Assembly: GCF_964355755.1 (NCBI RefSeq)
Contig: NC_092680.1
Span: 8,680,001-8,744,000, forward strand
DNA: 64,000 nt
Direction: 5' to 3'
DNA from: Antedon mediterranea
Lineage: Eukaryota; Animalia; Echinodermata
Part shown: positions 1 to 12,200 of the stretch, one piece after another
Layout: the number at the start of each line of letters is the position of its first letter
Numbering within the stretch: the first letter of the stretch is position 1
Made by a program: the position numbers and the translations under genes
The notes under the pieces: generated by a model
Seen by the model: the letters and a program-made list of their open reading frames with translations, nothing else
Told to the model about the DNA's origin: nothing
The model's database searches: none

Positions 1-780
1 GAGTCTCGGTTGGGGCGACTTTTTCTCATTCTCACAGATTTCCTCATCTTTATTGTATAAAATTAATTAATTAAATTTCAGTATATCACCGGGCGGTTTA
101 GAATTACTGTTCTTTGCTTGATTTGTTTATATATATAAAAGTATCTCTTCGGAGATCCCGCCTCGTGAATAAAAATACTGAAAGATGAGGGCGTATCAAT
201 TTGATCTCTGTTGCGAGTGCATACAACTGAGGACTAGTGCTGTTCTGCCGTACCACCCCGAGAATGTTAAAGAGTCACTATCCAATTGAGTTTGAACAAT
301 ACCATGAAAGCCCCAGTGGTCTAATGGTTAGGACATCTGCATATCAAGCAGGCGGTCCGAGTTCGAGTCTCGGTTGGGGCGACTTTTTCTCATTCTCACA
401 GATTTCCTCATCTTTACCGTATAAAATTTCAGTATATCACCGGGCGGTTTAGAATTACTGTTCTTTGCCTGATTTGTTTATATATATAAAAGTATCTCTT
501 CGGAGATCCCGCCTCGCGAATAAAAATACTGAAAGATGAGGGCGTATCAATTTGATCTCTGTTGCGCGTGCGTACAACTGAGGACTAGTGCTGTTCCGCC
601 GTACCACGCCGAGAATGTTAAAGAGTCGTTATCCAATCGAGTTCGAACAATACCATACTTTTATATATATAAACACAAGAGGCAAAGAACATTAATTCTA
701 AACCGCCCGGTGATATACTGAAATTTAATTAATTAATTTGAAACGATAAAGATGAGGAAATCTGTGAGAATGAGAAAATA
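1..780. mobile_element. Tandem 364-bp unit with ~120-bp inverted repeats (MITE-like array) carrying the tRNA-like sequence, in a TP53BP1 intron
   Basis: 1-300 recurs at 365-655 (period 364). 655-780 is the reverse complement of ~22-143 (TTTTCTCATTCTCACAGATTTCCTCATC...ATATATAAAAGTAT). Confidence 0.75.
310..381 (+). tRNA. tRNA-Asp-like gene or pseudogene (anticodon ATC) inside a repeat unit
   Basis: 72-nt cloverleaf: acceptor GCCCCAG/TTGGGGC, D stem GTCT/GGAC, anticodon stem TCTGC/GCAGG with loop ATATCAA, T stem CCGAG/CTCGG with TTCGAGT loop, discriminator G, followed by ACTTTTT. The 3' end of a second copy is at the start of the window (1-17). Confidence 0.65.
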
Positions 781-819
781 TATATAGATTTGTTAATAAC
801 ATATTGTATTTTTCTACAG

Positions 820-3800
820 ATACCCACGAAGTAAAGTGATTCTAAATAAGGAGCAAGCTACACCACTTCTTCAGTTTTCAGCCAAAACCTATTTAAACAC
901 AGGACTAAATTTAGGTAAAGGTAAACAAGATATCAGATAGAAAGCCTTTCCCCAATACCAGAATTTTCTTGAGGTCCAAACAGTCCCAAATTATTATTTT
1001 AATCTTCCATTATTTTATTTGCACATTTTGTTATGACCAAACAAATCATTGCGGTCCAAGTCATTTCAGTACTAGTAATGATAGTTAATGTTTTACCATT
1101 GCCTTTATAATGTATTTGTTTAGACAACATTGTATCTGGAAAAAGAGTACGAGGACGATTAGCAGCGAATGGTGGAATAGAAGGAGATAAAGTGCAAACA
1201 GTTAAAAAAGTAGCTTCGGAGAAGAAAATAAGAGAATCTCCTAATGTAACTCATCAGAAAAGAACGCCTATTAAAGGTTAGCAATGTAATTAATTTATTT
1301 ACAAAGAAGGTCCTTGTATTAAAGGACTTTGAATTCACAAACAAATTATTCAATAGACATTTTATTAGATTAAGAACCAACAATTAGTATTTTGCTTTGA
1401 GCGCAACGATATATGTGAAATAATTATTTGATAGATTTAGTGCACAACCTTATTTGTGTAGTGGTTGTTGCCTTGATATCTGGATTTCAAATTAGGCTTG
1501 GTAATTGGTGTATTCAAAATAAGAAACAAAATCTTTTTGATTGGCTGCAACCAAAAACATCACCATGATGATACGTCTGACAACATATTGAGTACAAGAA
1601 CTCGATTTCTAAAAAATTAGAGATACATCATAATTGTGAAAGAATGGTGACCCATAATAATTCAAGTTTATGTAGCACCCATATCAACAGAAGTGTTCAA
1701 GGCCTGAAGGAGTTTTTAGCAGGAAAAATGTGTTGTGCTATGATGTATGAATAATTAATATTGTAATGTTTTATCATAATTGTTCATGCAGATCGTGAAG
1801 AACACATTATTGAAAAGCCTTACACACCCACTGTTAAAAAAAGAAAAACAAAACTTGATGACGAAGAATCGACCAGCTCTGTGCCGGTGCACGCTTCATC
1901 GTACATGGGGCCATTACCAACAAATAAGAACCTGTTTAAGGGCATCCATTTCTTGATAACTCATGGAGATGTGATAAAGAAACCCAACTCTTCTTCTGAA
2001 TCAGCAACTGGATCCAACTTGGGTTAGATTGCAGTTACATTTTTATCAAATGAAATCTATTGTTTAATGACAAATGAATAATTTTCCAACATTTTCACGT
2101 ACGGCAATCATATAAAAAGACATTCTCACATTGATATGTTCTACATGATGGTGTGCGTGACTGATTAGTGAACATGGTCCCTCTCTATATATATATTTTT
2201 TTTATTACAGATGACATGCAAATGAGATTTAATCGCGACTATGCATACAAGCAGATAATGGTTGGTGGGGGCACTGTTCTAAAGAGCTACGACAGTTCTC
2301 AAGTAATAATTGATTTGTTTTTGTATATTAAAATGTAGTATGCATTTTTTAAATTTCTATGAATTAAACCCAAAATGCATCAGTCTTAAAGCAAATAATG
2401 GCTTATTTTAATGGTCTCTTAATTTAGTCTGCATACATGTTAAGTCTCACAGATCTGTCGTGAGGCTCAAATTTCACACACCTAAAATCTGACAATTTTT
2501 CACTGCTGGCTGTAACATTTCAGCCTGCTTTTGGGGGTTTAATATATTTAAATTAATTAAATATTATGTTCTTCTAGAAATGTTCAGGTAAGGTGTATCT
2601 TATTGCTAATACACATTGTCGCACCAAGAAGTACTTCCAAGCATTGGCAGCTGGATTGCCATGTATATCACATCAGTGGCTTCATCATAGCTGTAATAAG
2701 GTATGTTTTGTTCATTTTATATGTTAAAAATTAACATATTTACATATGCAGTATATCCTTATTTACATAATATGCAGTATATCCTCATTTGCATATGCAG
2801 TATATCCTTATTTGCATATGAAGTATATCCTCACTTAAATATGCAGTATATCCTCATTTGCATGCAGTAGTATATCTTCATTTACATATGCTGTAGTATA
2901 TCCTCATTTGCATACAAAGTAGTATATCCTCATTTGCATACAAAGTAGTATATCCTCATTTGCATACAAAGTAGTATATCCTCATTTGCATACAAAGTAG
3001 TATATCCTCATTTGCATACAAAGTAGTATATCCTCATTTGCATACAAAGTAGTATATCCTCATTTGCATACAAAGTAGTATATCCTCATTTGCATACAAA
3101 GTAGTATATCCTCATTTGCATACAAAGTATATCCTCACCAGAAAATGATTAATGTAGTAAGCAAGTAAAATTGTACTCGTACTACTAAGTTATTTTCTTG
3201 TTTCTTAAGAACACTCTTCAAGATATAGCAGCATATGTCCTTTATGCTGGTGAGAGCATGGAAGAAGAAGGCAAACTTATTGAATGGTAGGTTTCTGATA
3301 AATAATTGATAATATATACAAATTAAAAACCAAATTAGATACTAGCAAAATAAAAGAATGACATTTCAGTAGAGAACATACAATATAATAATAAAATTGA
3401 AATTAGTAACATTAGTACACATGAATATACAAGTATGTGTCTACTCCATTTCCCCCAGAAAGTGTGTGTGTATATGTACATAAACAGCATACCTACATTT
3501 GAAAGATTCACTCAAATAAGATAAAAGTTGTTGTTTCAATTTGTTATTTTTCTGACAGTAAAGCAAAAGTAATTTACTTTTTTCTCAGCACCAAGGAGCA
3601 ATCCGTTTTACGTGGGATGCATATCATGGTAGTGTCTGAACAGGAGGAGACAAAAAATACGTGGATTTCCATACTTCATGCTGCTAGATGCGATGTTGTC
3701 TCAAATCTTCCATGTAGTTCGGTCGATTCCAGTAAGTATTCATCTAATCAATTTGATTTATTTCTTCTTTGTACTACTGTGATAAATAGTTTGTTAAAAA

Positions 3801-4678
3801 AGTTAATTAAGGCAAGAGCCCTAGCTCCATTTCGATGAAAACTACAATGTTGTATAGATAGTGAAAGACTTTTGGAATTTTGTATTTGCCTTGGAATTTA
3901 TAATTTAATAAGTCTGTCAACGATGTCTGAGTTACCTTGTAATAAATTATTGTGTATATAGGTTGTTAGATTGCTATTCTATACTCCATATCTTTTTAAA
4001 GGGTACACACGGCATTAATAGTATGCCCTCACGCCGTACCACGTGAGGGCGTGTGGCGCACGGTGTTGGATGTTGGACTACTGATCGTGAGACCGAGGTT
4101 CGAATCCAACTCTCGCCGCATTGCTTGTATCCTTAGGCAAGATGCTTTACTTACGTTTGCCTCTCTCCACCCAGGTGTATAAATGGGTACCCGGTTAGAT
4201 CAAGACACAACTTTGCGCTGATTACTAGCTGCATTATGGGAGTATGTTTCCATACGTGTTTGATCCAAAAAATGACTGGGGTAATAATGTTCAGCGCTTA
4301 GAGAAGCTTGCTTGTAGAGCGCTATATAAGAATGAACTATTGTTATTATTATTGTATAAATTTTGTGTTTAATTAAACTAAATTTTTTAATTAAATCAAC
4401 TTCATGATTTTAAAGTCTTTAGAGCAAACATGTTATGAAAGTGATGCATAGAGTTTTATTATGATCATTTTGTTTGTTTGTCACTTCCAGCTGTTGCTTT
4501 TACGTGCAATGTTATCGTGACCGATCCAACTTGCCCAAAGAGTATCCGTGATAAAGCTGATGAACTAGCCATACCAGTAGTTTCAACTGAATGGGTTATA
4601 CAGTGTCTAATCAATGGTTACAAACCTGAGTATGACGGTCATGAAAGTTACAAGTGGAACTACAGAAGAAAACGCTGA
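820..4678 (+). CDS. TP53BP1: p53-binding protein 1 (53BP1), 3' part: end of Tudor region, UDR motif, tandem BRCT domains; 5' exons lie outside the window
   Basis: Phase-consistent GT-AG exons 820-914, 1124-1276, 1792-2022, 2211-2302, 2578-2700, 3210-3286, 3589-3731, 4491-4678 (stop). The translation has LNLDNIVSGKRVRGR (UDR-like), GPLPTNKNLFKGIHFLIT, LIANTHCRTKKYFQALAAGLPCISHQW and VTDPTCP...IPVVSTEWVIQCLING, matching the 53BP1 BRCT repeats. AATAAA at 5224-5229. Confidence 0.93.
2740..3138 (+). repeat. Minisatellite, 23-26-bp unit (AGTATATCCTCATTTGCATACAAAGT)
   Basis: About 15 tandem copies seen directly; the later copies are identical 26-mers. Confidence 0.95.
4045..4352 (+). mobile_element. 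tRNA-derived SINE with a CORE-like central domain and an L2-type (ATT)n tail
   Basis: A box TGGCGCACGGTG, B box GGTTCGAATCC, central TCCTTAGGCAAGATGCTTTAC...TCCACCCAGGTGTATAAATGGGTACC, tail GCGCTATATAAGAATGAACTATTGTTATTATTATT. Tail fragments also at ~41747-41800 and ~56170-56210. Confidence 0.85.
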
Positions 4679-4851
4679 AATAATAATAATTAGCCAAGCA
4701 TTTTAAGAGCCATTGGTGGCAGATGTAAAAAAGATTTTCTATAGTGAAAAAGTACAAACTTGTATACTTGTTTTAACCAAAAATACTTACAGTGTACAGT
4801 TTTTGTTTATATCAGTGTAAACAACTAAGTATTGAGTTCTAGTTTGACATA

Positions 4852-5201
4852 AAGCCTCCTACACACTAGGATGATAACAATCGATGATAAATAGGTAAAC
4901 ATACATTTTTCTTACATAAAAGAAATTTAAAAAGTTTTCATCCTAGTATAGAGGATAACCATTTATGCTGTCTTTATAATATTTTTAAAAATCCAATCAA
5001 ATGTAGAAAATGACAAAATTAGATCATCACGATAATATTGCTCTTACTAATCATAACGTCATTTGATTCATATTATTTTCATGAAATGCAGCATAAATTG
5101 TTAACCTATAATGATTGAAAACTTTTCTAATTTCTCTTGTTTTATGTAAGAAAATATATATTTATCGTCGATTGTTATCGTCCTAGTGGGCGTTCAAGCT
5201 T
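4852..5201. mobile_element. MITE in the TP53BP1 3' UTR
   Basis: Inverted termini AAGC..CACTAGGATGATAACAATCGATGATAAATA / TATTTATCGTCGATTGTTATCGTCCTAGTG..GCTT. Confidence 0.75.
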
Positions 5202-8200
5202 TTATTATTTTGTTGAGATTTTTAATAAAATAAAATATACAATTACGTTATTGATATGTAGTCTATCTGTCAGAAAATGAATCGAAGTGAACCTCTTCTC
5301 CAGGCCATGACCATGTATACATAACTCTTCATAATATACATACATTGCTTGTGATTTGTTAAATCACTTGACTAGCGCGTACGTCCTTGCGTTGCGTCGT
5401 CCTAGTTGGAACCAACTTCCGACTCAGCGCAAGGACTTAACTGCACCGCAAGTGATTTGAACAATCGCTTATATATATATAATACGGGGACTACTGTATC
5501 TAAACTATCGTGTTTGTTTTTGTCTTGTTGCCACGACTGGTGACGATTTGTGTTTTTGGAAATGAAATAATAGAAAAAAAAAATAAACTATCGCTTGCAA
5601 CTGGCCAACTCATTTGGGTTGTGCCTACGTCATTGTAAAATGCAGATAATATGTACATCAATGTTGTGTCCTTTTTAGCAGATGATTGATTCTTTTCCTC
5701 CTATACCTACTTGGCATAATGACTTTCTTAGGTTTTTTTTTCTTCGTATGTCGCGTAGACTCTTCCATTTGATTCGGAAGAGCGATGGGTTACCTTAAAA
5801 GCACTTTTATTTTGAGTGGTTGCATTCGTTACACAATTCCAATGAGTATGACTCTTTTTTATCACGTGATTTTGAAAATGTTTTTGTCATTTCATATTAA
5901 GCAGTAACCAAATAATAAAGCTTACAAGGTCAAAATCTAACATAAAGGAATCGTTAAATGAATTAAGCTTTCATAGAATTTGAACAAAGTACCTACTACT
6001 TATTGATCATGCACGTTTTAAATTAAAATTATGTTAAATATAAAGTATATACCAATAGACACTTGTAGTGTTTGATTACATGTGATACCGGCCTTGTGAT
6101 ACCGTATACGATCGAAAGCTGTATAAACATTAATATAGAATGTTATATTTTATCAAAGTATTTTTTCTGTTAAACATGTTTGTAGATAGTGTACAAGGTA
6201 AGTCAAAGTAAGTTTTTATTGGTCTTTTATTAACTAGGGAGTATACTATCATAGTTAAGAGGTACATCGGACAACGGGACGTTTTTCGAAGATTCCTTTT
6301 CGAATCTCGAGACCAATTCAAAATGACATACCCAACAACGTAAGTGTGTGCGGAAAGAAGATCCAGAGGCTTAGGCCTACTATATGAAAAGTAAAACCGT
6401 TATAAAAAGTTATAGGCCTTATAGAAGTGAAGATATGATGTATTGGCACCTTCGTAAAAGATGAACATTGGAATTCAATTTCAATTCGAACTTTTTGTGT
6501 TCTGTTATTGAGCTCTAATACCTGAATATCTCAAGTGATTGTAGGCCTACAATTAACAGAATACTTAAACGATAAAGTGTGCCCCCGTACAGCGTTTATT
6601 GATGTTAAATTTTTTTTTTATCTGCTATCCTGTATCTATTTCTACAAACTATACGAGACACTTTCTGGATCTCTAAAGTGCCCAGTTAATAGGCTCTGTG
6701 TAAAATAATCCGCAAAATTACTCATATTACATTGTAATTTAAATACCGTAGTGTTTGGCTTTCACACATGCTTACTGATATATAAAACGCACGTAAACGT
6801 TATAGTCTGAGAGATGAGTCGATTAAGTGGACATATTTTACTATTGGTCTTAATTTGATTTTTGTGTGGGACATAATTATTTTGGTACATCTGAAAACTC
6901 AATTCTTATATGATTTTGGTGATGTAATGTAAATCTGATGAATCATTCTACACATTGATTATCATTAAAAATCATTTAAGTCATATTATATTATATTATA
7001 TTGAAAATAATCTCACTTTTCCATTCTTTCGGTAAAATTTCATTTTGTTATTTTAATAAATAACAAATATTGTATGTCAAATATCTTCTGAAAACTGCCC
7101 TAACTATTTGTCAGTGAACTTGCAAGTTCACTAAATAGGCACTGGACAAGTTACTAATTACATTAGGCCTACTTGAATCAAAAGAAGCTTAAACATCAAT
7201 TTAGAAAATTGTTCAATTTAATATCACTTTGTTTTGAAGTTTTTGAATACGCTTATAATAGCGAAGTTACGCCCGTTGTCAGCTGTAATAATGATTACAA
7301 ATATTGCATCACTGAATTTAGATACCGGTGCATATTCACTAGGCCTATAAATAAGTGCATCTAACTAGAAAACTTCACACTAAAGATGGAAAAGAATTTT
7401 CAAAACAATAATTGTATAAAATAAACATGAGAGTACTATTCTACTACTACAGTAAATGTTTAATTAATTTGTCTAATTAGGATGACTTTATGACAAATTA
7501 ATTACAATGAATAAGATTGTCACTGGCTTTCATTTAATGTATGATTTAGCGTTTTTCGACAGTAGTTCACGAGGAATAGCATTTATTGTAAATGTTAACA
7601 AAAAAAATGAATGAAAATAAGTAACTGATGATAGGTTTATTACAAAAACCTCCATTAAAATGAATATAAACATTATCATTCATTTGATGTATGACCTAGC
7701 GTTCTACGAAACGTAGTTCAAAAGATAGCATATTTATTGTAATTTTTAACCAAAAATGAATGAAAATCAGTATTTTCTAAATTTATGATAACTTATTATA
7801 GGTTTATGACAAAAACTTCCATTACAATGAATATGAACATTATTATTGGCTTTCATTTAATATAGTATAGCTTTCATTTAGTATAGTAGCGTTCTACAAG
7901 TAGTTGCGATTTTTGACCCAAAAATGAATGAAAACAGAATTTTTCTTTTTGATGTCCACTCCCATATAATAGATAGGCAGTTTTTTTTTTTCATTTAAGA
8001 ATATAATATATGTTAAAAAATATTTGTTATTCATAAAAATAAAAAAATGAAATTTTACAGAAAAAAAGAGATTATTTTCCATATATTTTGAAAAATAATG
8101 ACTCAAATTTCTTTTGATGATAATCAATGTGTAGTATGATTAATCAGCTTTAAATTGAGTCTAATTCCTAAACAATTTCATCAAATGTACTGTGCCATAA

Positions 8201-8674
8201 AATAAAGTTATTGGTAAAATTGCGTGAAAAAATAGGTCATTGATCTCTGACCCGAAAGTGCATCAATCTCTTAAGAATTGGGTTTTCAGAAGTACCAAAG
8301 TATATCTCACACAAAATTCATATTAAGACCAACGGTAAATGTGCACTAAATCTACATATGTCTCCGATTATTATCCATTTTTATCTATTTAATATACGTT
8401 TATTTTTATTTTTTTTAGTTCATAGCTAGCTGTACTATCAAATATTATAAATATAACCTAAACAACCTGAATATTGCAGAACATTTTGTACTTATTTGTA
8501 ATTACTTTGTAAAAGAGGAAATTTGCTATCCTTTTGATAATACTCACCATGGCAATATTGAATTCTGATTAACAAGTCTATTGAACAATTTACAAGTTGC
8601 AGCACGTACAGATTTAATCAAAAGAAAGGGAATAATAACGTTCACAATAAGTGATAGTTTATAAACGAAATCAA

Positions 8675-8970
8675 TTTTTTTTAAACAAAGTCAGGTCTGT
8701 TTAAAGCACCTTGATTGGTCCTAACATTGATCAAGGGCTTCTCTCGTCCAGTGCCCGCCTGGTCAAGCCATTACGTCTGAGGCATAATAACTAAGAGTCA
8801 GCAGTGCTGATTTCAAATGCCTAACGGTATCGACCCCAGCTCCATATACAGCACACGACATCACCAGATGGTCTCCCATCTAGGCTCTATAACCAGGCTT
8901 AACGTTGCTTAACTTCGACAGACTTCGGTGATCTGACGAGAACCAGTGTTTTTCAACGTGTAGAGCTGTA
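8675..8970 (-). mobile_element. 5S rRNA-derived SINE (SINE3-type)
   Basis: The minus strand reads CACGTTGAAAAACACTGGTTCTCGTCAGATCACCGAAGT...GAAGTTAAGCAACGT...GATGGGAGACC, a degenerate 5S head, followed by a ~170-bp body and an A tail. The same 3' body occurs on + at ~30360-30437. Confidence 0.8.
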
Positions 8971-9268
8971 TTAATACATAAGATTATGTTTTTTGTCATT
9001 ATGCAGACTGATCGATTTACTTTACCTAATGAGTGCCTACATTATACCCGCCCAGCAAAGCTCCTTATCCGTATAGTTTCCACTGGAGCGTCCACACCAC
9101 CAGAGGCCAACTGTTTTTAGGCCTCCTTCCCTGATAATATGTATATATATCTTAACTCTGTGACACTGTGATGTTTTCTTTGAAACTTACTTTAAAACAC
9201 ACTACAAATCGAATAAAGGTTTTTAGAAACAGTGATTAATTAATTATGTTCTCATTTCGTTGCAATAG

Positions 9269-12200
9269 GTGTAAATTGTTACGTATGTGACGGTATATAC
9301 ACGAACGCTCAATGTAATTCGGCGGGTTCCGTACAAACGTGCAGCAGTACTGATGAGGTAAGTATATACGTTTTACGTCAGAAATACGAAGAGTGATGTC
9401 TATCCGGAAATAAGAATATTACAACAAATAACAAAACTTTATTTGTTATAACAATTGGGTTTCATCAGGGTTTCAAAAATGTTTCCTTTAGGCCTACTAA
9501 TCGTTTATTATAAACCTCAGTGAAATAAAGAGTAAAATTGGGATAAAAAGAAATTGGATTAGTGAATACACTAACACTATACTATTGTTGAGGCAATTCC
9601 AAAAATGTGGATAAATGTAATCAAGAACAAAAATAAACAGGTAAATATGATTACAAAATGTGACGTAAGTATAGACGCAATTTTAGAAACTATACTATAT
9701 GAAAGATAAATATTTACACTTTGTCAAGAAAATTGTTATTCCTCCTCAATGTATATGCACGGGAGATGGTCAAAGGTTTGGAGACAAAAAAGTAGTGAAA
9801 ACGCGCCAAAACATAAGTTTTAATTTAATTTAATTTAAGTATAAATTGTTGAAAAGAACTGTGTTGTTGGAATAAGAGTACTAGCAAATGCATTAATTGT
9901 GACGACTATAAACATTTTTGAATTGATTGTATTAAAAGCTTTTTTAAAGAGCTCATTCTTGGCAGTGGAAATTATGCCTATACAAAAAAAAACGATTAGC
10001 CTATATACAATCGCTACTTATTCTATTTATAAATAAAAAAATATAATGAATCCATGGATGGTCTTTAAATCTAACGTTAGTTGCAGATTTTTTGGACCCA
10101 CATCAGTTCGCTTATCGGAGAAACAGGAACACTGAAGACGCATTAATATACAACCAGGCCAACAGCCATAAGTCGCGTGCTAAAACGCATAGTGATACCG
10201 GACCGACAGACAGACCGACAGACCGACATAGTGAACTATAGAGTCGTGTCCACGCGACTAAAAATGAAAAAATGTATGCACATCTTGGCAATTGGAGAAC
10301 ATCCCCGTCTGTTAGGATTATGTACTTCGACTTTAGTTCAGCTTTTAATACCATCCAACCACACATTTTAATTAATAAGTTGTTCGGCATGAATATCCCC
10401 AATTTACTAATTTCGTTCGTTTTTAACTTCCTTGTTGGACGTCTCCAGTTTGTTAGGCTAAATCAAAATGTCAGATCGGACATTATTCGGACAAATACGG
10501 GAGCCCTACTGTACTTGCACCGTTTCTGTTCAAATTGTATACGTCGGATTTCGAACCTAGGTTCCCGGACTGTCCAGTAATTAAATTTTCATTTTCATTT
10601 CATTTCATTTTATTGCATATCAAAATCGCAGCCAATGGCTGAATTACATGATACTTACAAATATAAAAACATTTAAAACAGGCATAAAACAGTATATAAA
10701 GTTCACATAGAAATCAAAGAACAAATAAAAGTGGAATCAAACATATTGCACAAGAAAAATACATAAAAATACAAATTTAGCTAAAATTTATCTACAAATT
10801 TAAAAATTTAATTAAATAAGGGAAATATGGAAATTGATTATTTATTTACAAGATTATGAAATTTGATAAAATTTGAAAATGTGAAAATTATGGAGTTATT
10901 AAGTTATTTACAGTAGCAGACGATTCTGCAATGATAGGTTTAATAAAAGAGGATGACGATACAAATTTCAAATCTGAAATAGTTAGGTTTACGAAATACT
11001 GTGATGAAAAATCATGGGGAGAACATGTAGATCAACTAATTAAAAAATTAAATACTAGACTGGTACTGTTTGAGGAAAATGAACGTTTTTAGGGTTAGGG
11101 AAGAGATACTTACTATGTTTTATTTATCTGTTATTTTTTCAATCTGGGATTATTGTCTATTAGGCTGGGGTGGGAATATAAACAAGGGAGATAAGGGCCG
11201 CACGTAAGGTGTTAGAAAGGGCATTAGGAGTGATTGGCTCGTCGGCGCTGACGGCGGACTCAGTCTACGATTTTCACTACGGAGAACGATTGAAAAATGG
11301 TTTACAGGCGATCATGGAGGAGGAAAGCCACCCCCTTCATTCGGATCTTCTTCGCTGCCACATTGGTAGAAGTGGTAGACTGAGGCCGGTGGTGGCGCGG
11401 ACGGGTCGACACTCAAATTCGTTTCTCCCAGCTGGGATTAAAAAATTTAACGATGACTTTAAGAGGTAACTACAATAATGTTGATAATAACAATAATAAT
11501 AATATAATATATTACTAATAATGAAATATAAGACACTTTTTAAACCGTTTTGTAATGATCTTTATTTTTAAATTAAATATTTATGAACTGTAATTTTATT
11601 ATGTACTATCTTAATCATTGTGTATTTTTATATTGTTGTTCTACATTTTATACTTTATTTTTATAGGATATTTTTATACGATATTTTTATGTGATAAGTG
11701 AGCAAATGCAATTTCCAGTTTATTTGGACAATAAAAGTTATCTGTATCTGTATCTGTATGATAGATAATTTTTTTTTATCGTAAAAGTGTTTCAAAAATC
11801 AAAATTAGCATTGCATGAATATACTACAACAAAAGTAAATTTTATATATACCAATGTATATACGGTACTACACTATAATATTGTAAACAATGCATTTTAT
11901 TGACTATAATTTTAAGTAGCTTAAATTCAAGAAAAAAAGAAAGTATTATGTATAACGAACATCTATTAATAATAAATATGTATTTGTAAAATTATGATGA
12001 ATGAATAAAAGTGGTATACCTCCGGTAGTTTGTGACACCATGAAGGAGAAAAAAAGTGATATCTATCAGCCGCGAATTGACATGGCGGATTGGGTTGGGG
12101 AGATAAGGAACAAACATATATGGAGTTTAAAAATACATTTTTAAAAATTCTTAAATTCTATATATAAATAGTAAAAGTAGCAAATTAGATAACAAAGTTC

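Noticed and set aside
237-721. 71-aa and 61-aa ORFs
   Set aside because: They overlap the tRNA-like repeat unit within a TP53BP1 intron.
2890-3130. Regular short repeats resembling a CRISPR array
   Set aside because: The units are contiguous with no unique spacers, the context is a eukaryotic intron, and there are no cas genes.
7420-7950. Degenerate repeated blocks (AAAATGAATGAAAA..., GCGTTCTAC)
   Set aside because: An old decayed tandem repeat with no definable ends or function.
8850-8970. Functional 5S rRNA gene
   Set aside because: It has indels and a small internal duplication and continues into a repeated body with an A tail, so it is better explained as a SINE.
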